A model generated the notes under the pieces. It was not told the origin of the DNA. It was given only the letters and a program-made list of their open reading frames with translations, and did no database searches. This document shows, one piece after another, positions 37,254 through 50,613 of a DNA stretch of 64,000 nucleotides. Source of the DNA: Paraphysomonas bandaiensis. Lineage: Eukaryota; Protista; Chrysophyceae. Made by a program: the position numbers and the translations under genes. How positions within the stretch are numbered: the first letter of the stretch is position 1; every line of letters begins with the position of its first letter. The DNA lies in the NCBI GenBank assembly GCA_965644295.1, contig CBFFRP010000380.1, positions 257,301 to 321,300 on the forward strand. The letters are read 5' to 3'.

Positions 37254-40200
37254 TTACACTAATTTTAACCACTCGGACAACCGCTTCGCCAGTCCACTCT
37301 CAATAATTCCAGCCGATGTTGTTGGGCGAGTGGATGAACGCTTGATGCCGGGCCCAGACATCACCGACTCTAACTCATCGCGCTGGGATTGAGCATCCAC
37401 GGAATGATTGTCGTCGTCGGAGGAGTAGATCCACAAATCGCTCACTACGAGGCGACAAAACATTTCTGTAAAGTCATCAAAGGTAACAAATAAGTCCAAA
37501 CTTGATATGTCATCAGATCCTGGGCTTTTCTTGTTGATCGCCTACAGCCAATATGGGTCAAGAACGATTAAAAATATAAATTATACATAGACACAGAAAA
37601 TTCAATACCTCCATGATTTGTATAACTCCAACATCATCTTCTTGTATAGTAGATCCCCGAAGGGCAAGCGCAAGTTTCACGACATGCTTAACTTGAGGGG
37701 ATGGAGTGGTCGATCCTGAACACGATAATTAGAGCTCATACACGTCACACACGCATATTACAAACACATTCATAATTCATTTTAAGACCTGGAAATCCCT
37801 CATTCGCAATATCAATCACCTGGTCCCAGAGGGAACGCATGGAGGATGCATACTTACGGAGTACCATTTGTACCTGAATATATAACGTGGGAGAATATAC
37901 GAAAACTTCGTATTCATATAGCATGCACAACAAATATATTCCACTGCACCATCACAAGTCTGACCTTATCAGAATACAAGGCTGCCACAAACACAGGTGG
38001 GGGTCTGATTTCAGATGCCAACGGCTCGATCTACAGAAAATGAATATCAATGCACACAACTAAAAGCAGCAATGACAAAACCAACAAACGTCACACAACG
38101 ATATATAACATGCACCATTACTGCAAATTATGGAGAATAGGTGTACATTTGCACGACAGTAACAGATAAACTGAGCACATACCGTCTCCGCCATTGTGCG
38201 ATAGACGATATCAAACAGCCCTGCACCAGAAACTCCACCATGCCGACGACACATGGCCTCCGAAATAATCCTTACTACCAGCTCCACAAACTCCCTCTCA
38301 CGAATCGGCAGCAAGAAGTCTTGATAAATATCTTTTTCAAAAGTAGTGTTCAAAGCCATATCCAAACGTTTAAAAGCAATATTAATTTCAGGTATAGTAC
38401 GCTCCGCGTGGAGGGCAGGAGAGTCCTCTCCTGATGCATCCATCATCACGCCTCCAGTATTACTATAAGAGTCAGGATTATCCACGCTCTTTCTTGGTAA
38501 TCTGCTTTTTACTTCCTCTGCCCCATTACTCAGAGTACCGGCCATATCGTTCCCTTGCACACTGCCCGCCTCGGAATTATCACGATTCCGGTGACTACCC
38601 GCAGACCGTTGGTTACTTCGAGATGATGTCCGACTGCGAGCGGAATGTGAATTAAAACTAGTCCGACTGGTACGGTCTTGGTGAGAAGAATCCTCATTCT
38701 CATCTTCTTCAGCGGTTTGAGTTATAATGGGAGGAGGTGGGAGGGCATTGATTAGTTCTTGACGACGGTATGCTTTCTCCATTTCATGTGCAACTTTGCT
38801 GTGTATCAATACACTGTAAGTGACGTAATCGAGAACAGAGCTAAGGAAACATATATCGAAAGCATATATGCAAATTTAAAAGTACACAGTATGTTGGTGT
38901 CGAAACAGTGGTAGTTGTTATGATATTTCAATATGTTTACACTGGAAACCACGGCTTACCTGTGCTCGTTGTGCATCGCTTTCACACACATACAGACATC
39001 ATATCCCGTCAAAAGTGGACCAATTAACTCACATTCCCTAGCAAACTGACACAACTGCTGCAGTGTAATACAGAAAAACTTGTCTAATATGCATCTCCGG
39101 CTGTGAAAAAGCAACTCCATTGGCGTCCAATCTTTCGGGGGATGAAGAATTGGGTGGGTGTCACGCTTAGATGGTTTATTCGAGTGCTGAATACTTCTAT
39201 AAGTCCCAGCTGCGTTCGTAAAACGCTTTAAAAAACTACGCACTGCTGCATTGTATCGCAGAATAAGTCTCTCAATATCCTGGGTTTGAATTTTGTGGTT
39301 GGTTTTATTCCCCGTCACGGGATAGGAAGCGAGAACATCGTTTATATGCAATCGATATTGCGCATTTACAGACTCAGTTTCTCGAGGCATTGAAGCGGAA
39401 TTGGTGTTTGATAACTCATTGCAACCAGGTGGTGAAGAAAGCATGCGATCACAATTAAATTCCCCAAAATGAATACGCCCATCCGAGTGAACAAATGTTC
39501 CTAATATAAATTCAAACGTTTAGAATAGTATGGGAAAATTTACATTATACATTGTAGAATATAGTTAGTATTTATTTATCACAAGGTGTGATAATCTTAG
39601 AATGTTTAGAATCATACCATATCCATTCTTCATGTTATTTTCCCATTCGCCTTCATACTGTGATCCATTGGCATAAAAGAAACATCCTCTACCGAATCTC
39701 ATCCCTTCTTTCCATTCACCCCTGTATATGTTACACATTTGTCGTTGAAACGACTTCCCAGGTGTATCCGCCCATATTTGCTCCCCAACGCCATGGGGAA
39801 GATCATTATCCCATGCACCGAGATATACCTCGCCTACAGCACACATGCTTCTGTTAGTCCACAGAAGCTACAAAAACGATTCGATACAGTCCAAATTCAT
39901 TGGCCAGCAAAAGATGCATTATTGCAGCGCGAAACGACACACACATATAAATGCTATAGAAAAATATACATTAGATATGACACTGACATGAACTGTTGGA
40001 AGTATGAAAACAACTTTAGCACACAAAAACAACGGTGTACACATTCTCGAATACCTCTATCTTGCCAAGTCATGACACCTTGACCATGTTTCTTGTCGTT
40101 TACCCACTCGCCTTCATAAATATTACCGGAAGAATAAGTCATCGTCCCAAACCCTTCACGCTTATTTTCTACCCACCCACCAACATAAAACACAGTTCGA

Positions 40201-40601
40201 GCTTTGTCGTAGTACATAGTACCGCTACCGTGTCTTTTACCATTGTACCATGATCCGTCATAGTACTGACCAGTGGAGCACTCAAATATTCCATGACCAT
40301 GACGCTTACCACACACAATATCACCAGTATATTTGCTGCCATCAGGCCACACGTACTCTCCAGAGCCATCCATATGCCCACGAGCAAAATCGCCCTTGTA
40401 TTCGACCTTATCAGCCCATACAAATGTTCCTTTCCCATCAAACAGTCCATTTTTATAGGATCCCGAGTATGATGACTCATTATCGAGAACAGCTGATCCA
40501 GGGCCGTGGAATCTCCTCTTCTGCTCATCGTATTCACCTTCATACGATTTCAACACTGTGTTAGCAACACGACATTCTAATGTATCTACCACCTCCGTCA
40601 T
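37254..40601 (-). CDS. RSPH10B: Radial spoke head 10 homolog B-like MORN-repeat protein, multi-exon
   Basis: About 10 MORN repeats in the RSPH10B pattern (YEGE..., WPDGSKYTG, GKRHGSGTMYY, SSGNIYEGEW, NIYRGEW..GMRFGRGCFFYANG), followed by a long spliced C-terminal region. Confidence 0.82.
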
Positions 40602-41061
40602 TATGACGGTTAAAGAGTATCTATGAGACTATTATCGAGTATATGATTGATATGATGTGACTCTATCAACACAGTGTTTGAATACACACACTCATATATA
40701 ACACACACACACACGAAACGTTTCAGTTTTAGGTTCATATAAATATAGCAATCTGCTGCTGGTGCTGTATGGCAACTACGTGACATGTCGAATCGTATAG
40801 TATAAAAAAAAGGACTTCTAGAAAATTGGCAAAATATGCATTTCTATATCCTGAAAAACATGACTTTTTAGGACTATCTTGTCGTGGTGATGTAGTGCAG
40901 CAGTATGCCTATGCCTGGTATGTGAGTATGAGTAGATGTTAATGGAATGTATGCATGTATCAATATACTGCTATAGAGAGGAAGCAGCCCTGTACCACAT
41001 AACTCATTCATCGTGATATATTATAGATCATATCATCTACTGGTATCATTCTATAGTAGTA

Positions 41062-43410
41062 ATGTCACGTAATACAAGTGTGACTATTCTAACTATTATT
41101 ATCTTGTTCTACTTCTCTCTGTTACGATATACATGCGGCTCAACTTATGAATCTCATATCTTTAACTGTAGTCGAGAAGAGGTAGTTGTGTGTTATGAGT
41201 ATGATACATGAAATATACTAATATTCAATACAGGTGATTGATGATAACTATTGCGATTGCTCTGATGGATCGGATGAGTTGCATACATCTGCTTGCTCAG
41301 GCCGCACACAGCAAAGGTATATTGCTCGTTGTTTTACTGTACCCTGTCTTATGATTATAGGTTTCATTGTTTGGGAAGTGGTTATCTGAACGTATCCATT
41401 CCGATGTCGAGAGTTGGGGACGGTCAGTATATCTTGCCTATTCGTATTTGAAAAACCGAATCGTTTAAAGTTCATGTGGTGACACCTTTCATCAACAGGA
41501 ATTTGTGATTGCTGCGATGGTGCTGATGAGATCGGTTCTTTTTTCGAACCTGAATGTCCAGATCACTGCGCTACAGATATACATCGACTGAAAATGCAGC
41601 TTATCAGCGAGTATCGGCAAATTTCCTCCGGTCTCAGGGCGAGAGGAGATATGGTCGCAAACCTGAATAGGCGCAAGCTTAGGGAACAACAGACTCTAGA
41701 TGGTCTCGTATCAGAGCTGGAGGAGACACAGCGGCTGTATTACTCAATTAAAGTATGGCTTAGTCATGAGCAGCGCACAGAATCCAGACTCAGGTTTCAA
41801 GAGCTGCGGCGAAGGGCCAGAGCTTGTGGTGAAGGGTTCCTGGAGATGTGTGATCTTTTTCGAGACGGCAACGAGAATTTGGAAGAAGAAGATATGCCAG
41901 ATTTATGGGGAAATGAAGGTAGCATTGAAATAAGTGAGGTCGATGAAGAAGAAGATGGTAAAGATAGTGAGAGGGAGCAGACCTCGGACAGCGCGGCGCG
42001 GGACGAATACAGAAGACATATGAGTGCGGTAGAACGAGTCTGGTCTAGCTACTGCACAGATGAAGAACAGCGCACAGGACTGCTTGGTGGTGAAGAAACG
42101 TTGCGGATTCATCGCAGTTTGAAACAGTATATTCAGTTCGTGACAGGTCCTGGTGGAGCGGCGGAACGAAAGCAGCGTAGAGGGGTCGAGGCTGTGCGCA
42201 AAAAGTCTACGATTTTTGGACCTTTTCTGGATAATGGTAGAGAAGGACATATACTTGGTGCTCAGGTGCTTTGCGAGATTGTGGGTTTGATCCTTTCTCC
42301 TGTGACAGTGCCTTGTACATTAGCTCACCGGATCTGGAAGGGTGTTGTGTCATATATGTGGGACGGAATAAAGACTTGTGGTACATCTCACATAGATGAG
42401 CAGCCCTGTCACGATAGTGTCGTTTCAGGCGCTAAAGCTTTTCTTGCAGTTTACCAAAGTGGTTTTGTGTCTACACTCTCTGCCACCCTGGACCCCACAC
42501 AATACAGTGCAGTGATGGCCGTGATTGATCGTCTCCTTCCCACCTACAGGTGGAGCATGTGGTTCACGCGTATTATCCAGATGGCACCATGGTACTACTT
42601 TAGATTCTATCTATCTGACGGTGCTGATCGGCTACCTGTCCTTCGTAATGCGTGCACTCTGCGGGAGGGTCTCCGAATTGCCTCTGACGAGATTGATGCC
42701 ACGAAGCTACGCATAGAGAACAAGCAGGGCGAGGGGTCGGACACTGATAAAAATTTTCCAGTCAAGACAATCGACTTTGGACCTGATGGCGCATGGGAAT
42801 CTCTATCTGATACTTGTCTTGAGTATAACCAGGAACAGTACAATTACAAATTGTGTTTTTTCAAGGAAGTAACTCAAAATCACATCCGAGTGGGCACATT
42901 CTCAGGGTGGCACAAAGACGCAGCAGAATCAGATACGAGCTCCACACCACCGAAGGGTTCCTCAATTAGGGACAGGATGAGTCGCATGAAAAAACGCATA
43001 TCACGGAGTATAGAGAACAAGGTAGATACAAAACGAGATCAAGATTCATCAGAGTTAGTGGAAGCTTATACCAAGCAGTTTTATGACATGGGTGAAAGGT
43101 GCCACAACGGTAGGAATAGAAATGCAGTGGTCACATTACAGTGTGGAAGTACGACTGAAGTGCTTGAGGTCGTGGAGTACGAGGTGGGGAATACTTTTTA
43201 AAAAATGATTATGTGAATTGATTTGTGTAGGTGTGTGGGTACTCCATTGCAGTACGTTGTCCCCTAGTTTGTGATCCAAAGCAGGAGGAAGAGATACTTG
43301 CCAAGCTCAAAGATCTAGATGTCGCAGGATTCAATGTAAAAAAATCAAAAGCCAGCCATATTTCTGGAGAAGTTAATATAGATGGTGTTTTGTCTGATGG
43401 ACAATTATAA
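41062..43410 (+). CDS. PRKCSH: Glucosidase II beta subunit (PRKCSH)-like protein, multi-exon
   Basis: Signal peptide, DDNYCDCSDGSDELHTSAC and GICDCCDGADE (LDLa-like), coiled coil and acidic stretch. C-terminal MRH domain DFGPDGAWESLSDTC..YKLCFF..GERCHNGRNRNAVVTLQCG..EYEVCGY. Confidence 0.82.
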
Positions 43411-44620
43411 TGATGGTTCTGTTCATAATTAATGAGTGACGTAGACACGCATCAATGGTATAGGACAAGCGTTAGTTATTGTTGTAGTGTGGTGCGGACG
43501 TGCGGAAAATTAGTGGAATTTTCGACATACATTAAACTAACTTTACTTTGAATGTACTATTATATTGCTATGTTCTCCTGGTAATTCTATCATAAGTGCT
43601 AATTAATGTATGTCAAGTGCATATAGTCTCATATCTCATTGTGATCATATACTCTTTCTTCTGCTTTCCCTACATCTCCCACCGCTACTGGTGAAACACC
43701 AAGCAGAAATTCTTCAAAAAAATTCTTTCTCATTTGAATGAAAACGGTACTAACATCAAAGTAACTGGGTGGCTAGTATATATGTATATTTGATCGAGTC
43801 ATATACAGTATACAGTAACCTCTTTTTTATTGTGTTTTGCTATTTGAGAACAATTAAAAGCGGTAGTTCTAAGGTATTTAAATTACGACCGTTACATAAA
43901 GAATACAGCAGTGATGAAAAGTATTACATGTAGTGAATGCCTTATTAGCAATAGGCGGTATTACATGAACTGTTGAGAAGATGATAATCATCAGTAGTGA
44001 AACTGCAATATACTGACTGTATAAGATCGTATGAAGATGATTGGTAGTTGATATAACTTAAATTTGGCGAATGACAATGAATGATAAGTGAGATAGATCA
44101 TAATTTATAATTCAAGCATTACATTCTGCTATTTAAATCTTCATGTAAAATACTGATTTTTGATATTTTCATCGTGTAGAACATATAATTCACATAATCG
44201 ATATTGCACATACTTACTTGAGAGTGTAACTCTACTGCTCAATCTATCCTGGAAGATATACATCATAAATCAAAATTTGGTTCAGTCTTGTTTAGATGAA
44301 CGACAACACGTATATGTCAAGAGGCCAATGGAATAATTCGTGAGTGACGTAGAAATGAGAGAAAGAGATAAAAGAATTCCTTTCAGAAGTTGAAAAAAAT
44401 TGCAATTAAATTAACTTGTGTAAAATTTATCATAGTAAAAGTATTCTTCATACTTGCATCATTAATCAATAGATTAACGTCATAACCAGTAGAAATAAAG
44501 ATACGCTCGATTTACATCAAATATGTGTTGGTATTCCCACATACGACAGTCTGACATGGTACACAAACTTCATGAAAGGTGTACGCTTGCTATGCTATGT
44601 AGTTAGCATTGGAAACAAGA

Positions 44621-45055
44621 TTAATCGCGATGTGTGCTGACAACCCGGGATATAATTTTTCTCAGCACGCGATCTCTGCCGCTTATGTGGTGGGAATTAT
44701 GTTGCTGGAAGGGCTGTTTATTTTCATCGTCTCTCTGATTTTTAGTCAGACTAGGGTTAGAATGCCTTCGATTCTTTAAGTCCCCTGAGTGTGGGTTTTC
44801 TTTAGTGTTATCGTTATGATAGATCCCATCAACAGCACTGTTAATCATACGAGTGAAAACACGATCCCTCCCGCTCTTCGTACGTGTCATCGTTGTTCGA
44901 GACTTTCTTGCTGCTTCTTGTAGAGGAGTATATTTACCGAAAGCAGAAAAAGAGGATCTTCTCTTGTCTTGAGTCGTATTGCAGTTAGAATCGTTCTCGT
45001 TACTCACTTCTGCGTACTTATGAATCTTGTTCTTCACTGGACTATCCTGCATCAT
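44621..45055 (-). CDS. Small orphan hydrophilic protein with duplicated SGRDRV motif
   Basis: 144-aa ATG-started ORF with protein-like composition. SGRDRVFTRMI and SGRDRVLRKII are repeated. Confidence 0.55.
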   Translation of the reverse strand: MMQDSPVKNKIHKYAEVSNENDSNCNTTQDKRRSSFSAFGKYTPLQEAARKSRTTMTRTKSGRDRVFTRMINSAVDGIYHNDNTKENPHSGDLKNRRHSNPSLTKNQRDDENKQPFQQHNSHHISGRDRVLRKIISRVVSTHRD

Positions 45056-46619
45056 TTCTTACTTCGTCCTTTAATTAATTATATGAATGAGTATTATGAA
45101 CTGTGTTCAGAGGTGTGAAAGTTGTTGGATGTGTTAATGGGAGTACATACATATATATGTGTGTGTGTTGGTCAATAGATACCTGCGTGAGAGTGGGATA
45201 GATATGACACTGATATACACTATGGATGCAACAGAACAATACATCATCAGCTGCAGTTCTGACAGATGGAATGTTCTTTGGAATGTGGTTTCTACAAAAA
45301 AAAATCTTACCCCATTTTTATATGGAATTCCCACGTGTACTTGTACTTATATGAGTGTGTGTACTTACATAAGTGTATGTACTGCTGCATGTCGCTCGTA
45401 ATATAGCAGTACTCCCACATTACATACAGCTACAGTAGCCATATGATGTAGATGGATATTACTATTAATAGCATTATGGTTCGCGTTGCTGGTTATCATC
45501 CACTGATCGAAATGAAGCGCCAAGCTTCGAACAGATAGCGATTCTTCTCATCTTGAGATGAGTGTCTGGAGTGGTGTGTATGGTATAATAGATCACACCT
45601 TCCTCACTGCCTCTCATGCTGTATCAGATATCGAAGATACTTTGAGCTCTAATGAAGCTGGACGTATTAATATTTGACTCGATTCATGCATACATCACAA
45701 TTGAGGTGGACATTGCACGTCTATGTACATAGTAGTGTATAATAGGCTCTGGGTTTACGTAAAGCAGTATTATCACACTGTCATATCTCAATGAAGTATG
45801 TCTTTACGTGTGAAGTCAAGTAATGGTTGTAAACTTCGCATTAGATGGAGCAGTACTATTATTATATGTACATCATAGTAGTGTATAATAAGCTCTGTGT
45901 TTACGCAGAGGCAGTATTGATTGCCGTCGTTACCTATTTGCACACTTTATATCTGTGTGCTATTCAGTATCTTAAGTATCGCTACTTACAATCTGTTTCT
46001 TCAATACAGTCAGCTAGACAGCCAACTGCTTCTCCCTTCTAGTATCACGCTACAGTAGTATTATCCTAATCGAAATAGAACTGAATTGTGGTGCGTATTC
46101 TCAGGGACGGTGAGGAGGAACAGCGGAGAGGACGGGGGGTTCATCTTAATCCTAAAAAATTCTGAAATAGTACCCTTTACATTTAATTCCATAATGGAAT
46201 ATTGAATATTCCTGCATCTTGCTCAGTTTTAGTACTATAATAGCTATCACACAATAGGTTCTCATAGTACGGTTAGCTACAACTGTATTCTTAGAGCAAC
46301 GGTTATAATTCAAATATCTTAGAAACTACAGCTTTTAATTGCTCACAAACAGCATATCTCAACACTACTAGCTCACTACCTCTATGACTCAATACAGGTT
46401 TGAAGAGCCCCCTTCATCCCACATTTTTTCAGTGAAATTGCATAACTCCAACATGTCACTACATACTACATACATTCATGAGTAACTCCATTGAAAGAAC
46501 AACGCAACTTTCAGCGCAACACTAAATCAGCGCAACAATTTCGAATAATAAAAATGCTAGCACTAGGTTTGTAAGTCTGTTCTAAATGAACTGTGACTAC
46601 AGTCTACATCCACAGATGA

Positions 46620-47830
46620 GGACGACAACCTAAACAACTCCTGAACTACACCTTCCTGTCTCAAATACTCGGCATCATTAATATTACACCACTCCTCATC
46701 GTCTTTGAAAGGGTACTGAGCGCCCTCGTATCCGATGAACCGAATAGATGATGAGCATCGTAGAAGAGAAGAATCTCGTTTAATTCATTTAGACGCAGTA
46801 TTGGACACGCAGCGGAACAAGGCTCCCACACAAGCTCCATCCCCTCCGTACCCATAACTCCTCCAAACACTACATCCCCCTCGCAGAGCGTATACGCGAG
46901 ACGGCATACGTATGGGACAAATCCTTTGCAATGGGTAGAAACCGAGCCAAAGGAAAATCCGGACACGATCGCACAACGGCTTCCACATGCGCAGACTGTG
47001 CACACCCCACAGACAACATGGCGCACATGCTTCTCACCTGCACTCACCCTGACATCATTCACATACGTGAAGATGTCCACCAAGCACACCACAATAAGCT
47101 TGACAAACTTCGCACACGGACGCTCCCCCATCCCTGGTTTTACACCGCCATAACCAAACTAGCCAAAGCCGCATGGAACCCAGCCACCCCCCAGGTTGAG
47201 CGCTACTGGACCGGCCACATTACTGCCACACAAATGGCCGACGCATTCGGACGCCACATATCCAGCTCACTGCTCGAACATCAATTCCACGCCCTAGAAA
47301 AATCCATCGCCTCTATCCTACTCCCCCTATATGATGGAGGGCTCCGCATGCTTCGCAATAGGGGACACAGACACCACAACGTAGACACGGCACCGGCGAC
47401 ACCGGTCCCGACACACGCAAAGCCCCGCCAGCCCCAGGTTACCCACCCGACACCAAAAGTACTCCAGCTACTCCAGGCGACATCCACCCCACGAACTACA
47501 CTCTCTGCAAGAGCCCAGACCCGACAGAGGCAAGCGCAACCACTCCGGAAACAACTTCTCCTTACTTGTAGCCGAAACCCCACCTCAACAACCAGCACCA
47601 TCTCCACCACCGACTTGCACTCTCACATACATCTCGCCTCACCCACCCCCCACATATTCCATGGCACAGGCCCGCCAGACACATTGCCCAAAGGTAGACC
47701 CCCCGACTAACCTCACTACAAGGGACGGTTGCACCATGGTGCTCGCAGCGATGCACAAGCAGTCCCGAGACGGTTGCCCGCCACTAGTAGTATATAGCAA
47801 ATCTAGTTATTAGCTAGTCTGTAGACATAA
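46620..47830 (+). mobile_element. 5'-truncated non-LTR retrotransposon (3' end of ORF2 with CCHC zinc finger)
   Basis: Abrupt C/A-rich composition. The open frame 46793-47710 has CADCAHPTDNMAHMLLTC (zf-RVT-like CX2C..H..C) and a Pro/Thr-rich tail ending PPD*. Stops lie upstream and there is no RT domain. Boundaries are approximate. Confidence 0.7.
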
Positions 47831-47854
47831 ACTAGTTTCTGTACGCAACCGTAC

Positions 47855-48940
47855 TCATGTAATAATCAGACTTTCATATAATTCATTTAGACGAGTGCAA
47901 TCCCACGGAATATTCTTTGTTAGTATATCGCTACTGACCAAGACATCCTCTTTGTCACGCCCAACATATCCCGTGCAACCAGCTATACCCAAGACGTAAT
48001 TTGCTACGTTCCTCAAACTGATTCTCATATTCATGTCATACTCCTTCTGTTGATTTAATCTAGACTTTTTATCCAAAAACTGGGGTTGTGGAGCCAAACA
48101 ACGTATCCCCATAATCTCGCATGCGAATGGAGTAATTTCTTCCTGGCCACGACCTCGGATGCCGTCATAGTCCATTAAAACTATCGAGTTGTTGCCAAAT
48201 ACCCTCCCATATCTCTGTGCTAGGTCCTCAATAAACAGTGATACATACCGGAATTTATGGTTGTGCACTATCCATGAGCTATAACTGTTCGGCCTTTTGG
48301 CACTCTTATTCATTTGAGTGTATAATGACTGGAGCCAACTGATAGGGTTTCTGTATGTAATAACAATCTTAACAGCGTCATACCCTTCGCAAATTTCTTT
48401 CAGCTCCATAATTTCATCGTGATTGAGCACAACTAAATCTTCACTAGAAAATACAACTGATTTTCCTTGGTCGAATGCATTTTTAATGTCACTTCTTGTC
48501 CGCTGCAAGTAATAAGCATATGTGTGATTGACGATCGATTTGCGGTTACAAAGACGATCCATATACTTTTCGTAATGTGGACATTCTAGCATAGACCATG
48601 ACCATAGGAAGTTGTAATCTATCGTTGTATTATGCCGACTTGATTTTGGAAGTCTCAGAGCCTTTTCGATATGGCTGTATATTTTGATCCCCGGAGCAAA
48701 TCCACCAGCTGTAGGCATAACCCACCCATGACGAGCAAAATCGAAGTAGCACTCGGCCATTGAGGCTTGTAAGGCTGATGTGCCAGTTTTTTGCGGTCCG
48801 ATATGAATCACAAGCTCACGTGGACTTCGACTGTTACCATTCACTGGAGCATCTTAAATGTGTCTTAGACATGGACCAAAGGCTCCAGACACACACCGCC
48901 ACAAACACAGAATACCGAATGTAAGAAACACACCCGCCAT
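47855..48940 (-). CDS. Sulfotransferase-fold (P-loop) protein, secretory; possibly pseudogenised
   Basis: HIGPQKTGTSALQ (5'-PSB-like), SSEDL and VITYRNPISWLQSLYTQ (3'-PB-like). The signal-peptide ATG at 48940 is in frame but separated by an in-frame TAA (48856-48854), unless a short intron removes it. Confidence 0.7.
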
Positions 48941-49714
48941 GTGAACTCGGTCCTATTTAAACGTTATAATTACATAAAATTATTCTCTATTGTAGTGTGT
49001 GTGAGTTTTGGGTTTAGCGAAACTAGAAAGATCTACAAGTATGTAAAATGAATTACACAACCTAAACTAGACCCTTAAAATGTATATACTATGGATTGCG
49101 CTGCTTGATGGGCAACAAGGAATCCACATATTTATTTGAGGAGCCTGGATCTGCATTCCGCTTTGGCGGGGTATGTTTAGTAGTTGAATGGTCCCACTTT
49201 GCTTTGCAATGATGCATTTCTACGTGTGCTGAGCGATAAATGTCCTATGCAGAGCTCTTACTTTATTAATTCAACCCAATACTGCCTTTCATTCTCATTG
49301 TATGCATGCAGCATCTACATCCGAGTTATATGGACGAGTGTTCAATACAGCTAAGCTTATAATCCAGAGGTGAATAAACGTATGTGCCGTGTGACACTCC
49401 TGATGTGATTTTATATATATGAAAGTAATCGATACGAATGGAAATTTTGAATTTTGAATTTTGAATTGGTATTCCCTGTGATTAACATTAAGAAGATATA
49501 CAAAAAGTCAAAGTATACAATCAATGGTGTCTACAGCAGGGAATGGCAATTGTACCAAATAAATTTCCGAATTTCATAATGCTACAACAAACTTACCCTA
49601 CTACTAAACATAAGGATACTGAGGGAAACAGATTAAATTTATACATAAACGTGATCATCATGAATGCACAAGAAAATTGTAGTGTGTATGATATGTGTGT
49701 GAAATCCTATCGTG

Positions 49715-50295
49715 ACCAAATTCCTAACGGAACAATCCCCACTACCCCAAAGCACCTTCAACATCAGCTGTGGGCTGCGGCATTTCCGCATTTGAAGTCT
49801 CCCCTCAACAAAGTCGGACTCGCACCTTTTCGTGGTGATCTGGGGGATAAGTACCGGAAATATTTCTCCAGAAAACTAACGTGAACCGCATGCATAGTCA
49901 GCAGATATTGTTCTACCCACACATAGCCTAATGCTTGTGTGGTACAAGGGACACTAATTAGTGTTATTTGTGTAGACGTCTTTGAGCCCTGACGAATAAA
50001 CAGGTATCCGGGAATGGGCCCACCTTAAGAGTATTTGGGATATTGGACAGGAAGCTGAAGTCAAATATCCGGGCTGTTCACCTTAAGGACTCATATCATA
50101 TCAATATTTTGCCTGCTCACTGTGTATTTTCTTTGCGTTATAGAGCGGAAGTGGTTGCGCCTTGGTGCTTGCGATGGCGCAGAAGCAGCATTCGTAGCGT
50201 TATATAGTAGGATATCAGAGTTAAGCACTAGTTAGAGTTAAATTGCAATGCTGAATTAGATCGGACTCTTACATGCCTATTGCTAATAATAAGAA
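49715..50295. repeat. Modular dispersed repeat (see 29540-29955)
   Basis: Same modules as 29540-29955 in different order and orientation. Confidence 0.72.
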
Positions 50296-50613
50296 TGAAT
50301 TATATATCACTTGCACTGAATTATATCAGACGCAGGAGGAATATAACGTGGAGTGTTTGATACCCTGCTTTGAAAGCTCACTCATCATTGTGTTTTCTCT
50401 GAAAATGCGTAACGGAATAAGTTGTTACTGCACCCTTACATATTATGTGCTATGATGGTTGTCACAAGTTTCATTTCGCAATTGAATTCTAACGGCTATC
50501 CTTCTGAACATCACTACACCAGTGAAACAAGGAATCTATCTGTCTACAAGAATGAAATTATTTTTCAAAGAACTTACCTACCGAGCTAAGATGATAAACA
50601 ACCGCAACAATAT

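Noticed and set aside
45722-45920. About 50-bp local direct duplication (catagtagtgtataata.gctctg.gtttacg)
   Set aside because: Short, two copies, no TE hallmarks or coding signal; likely a neutral duplication.
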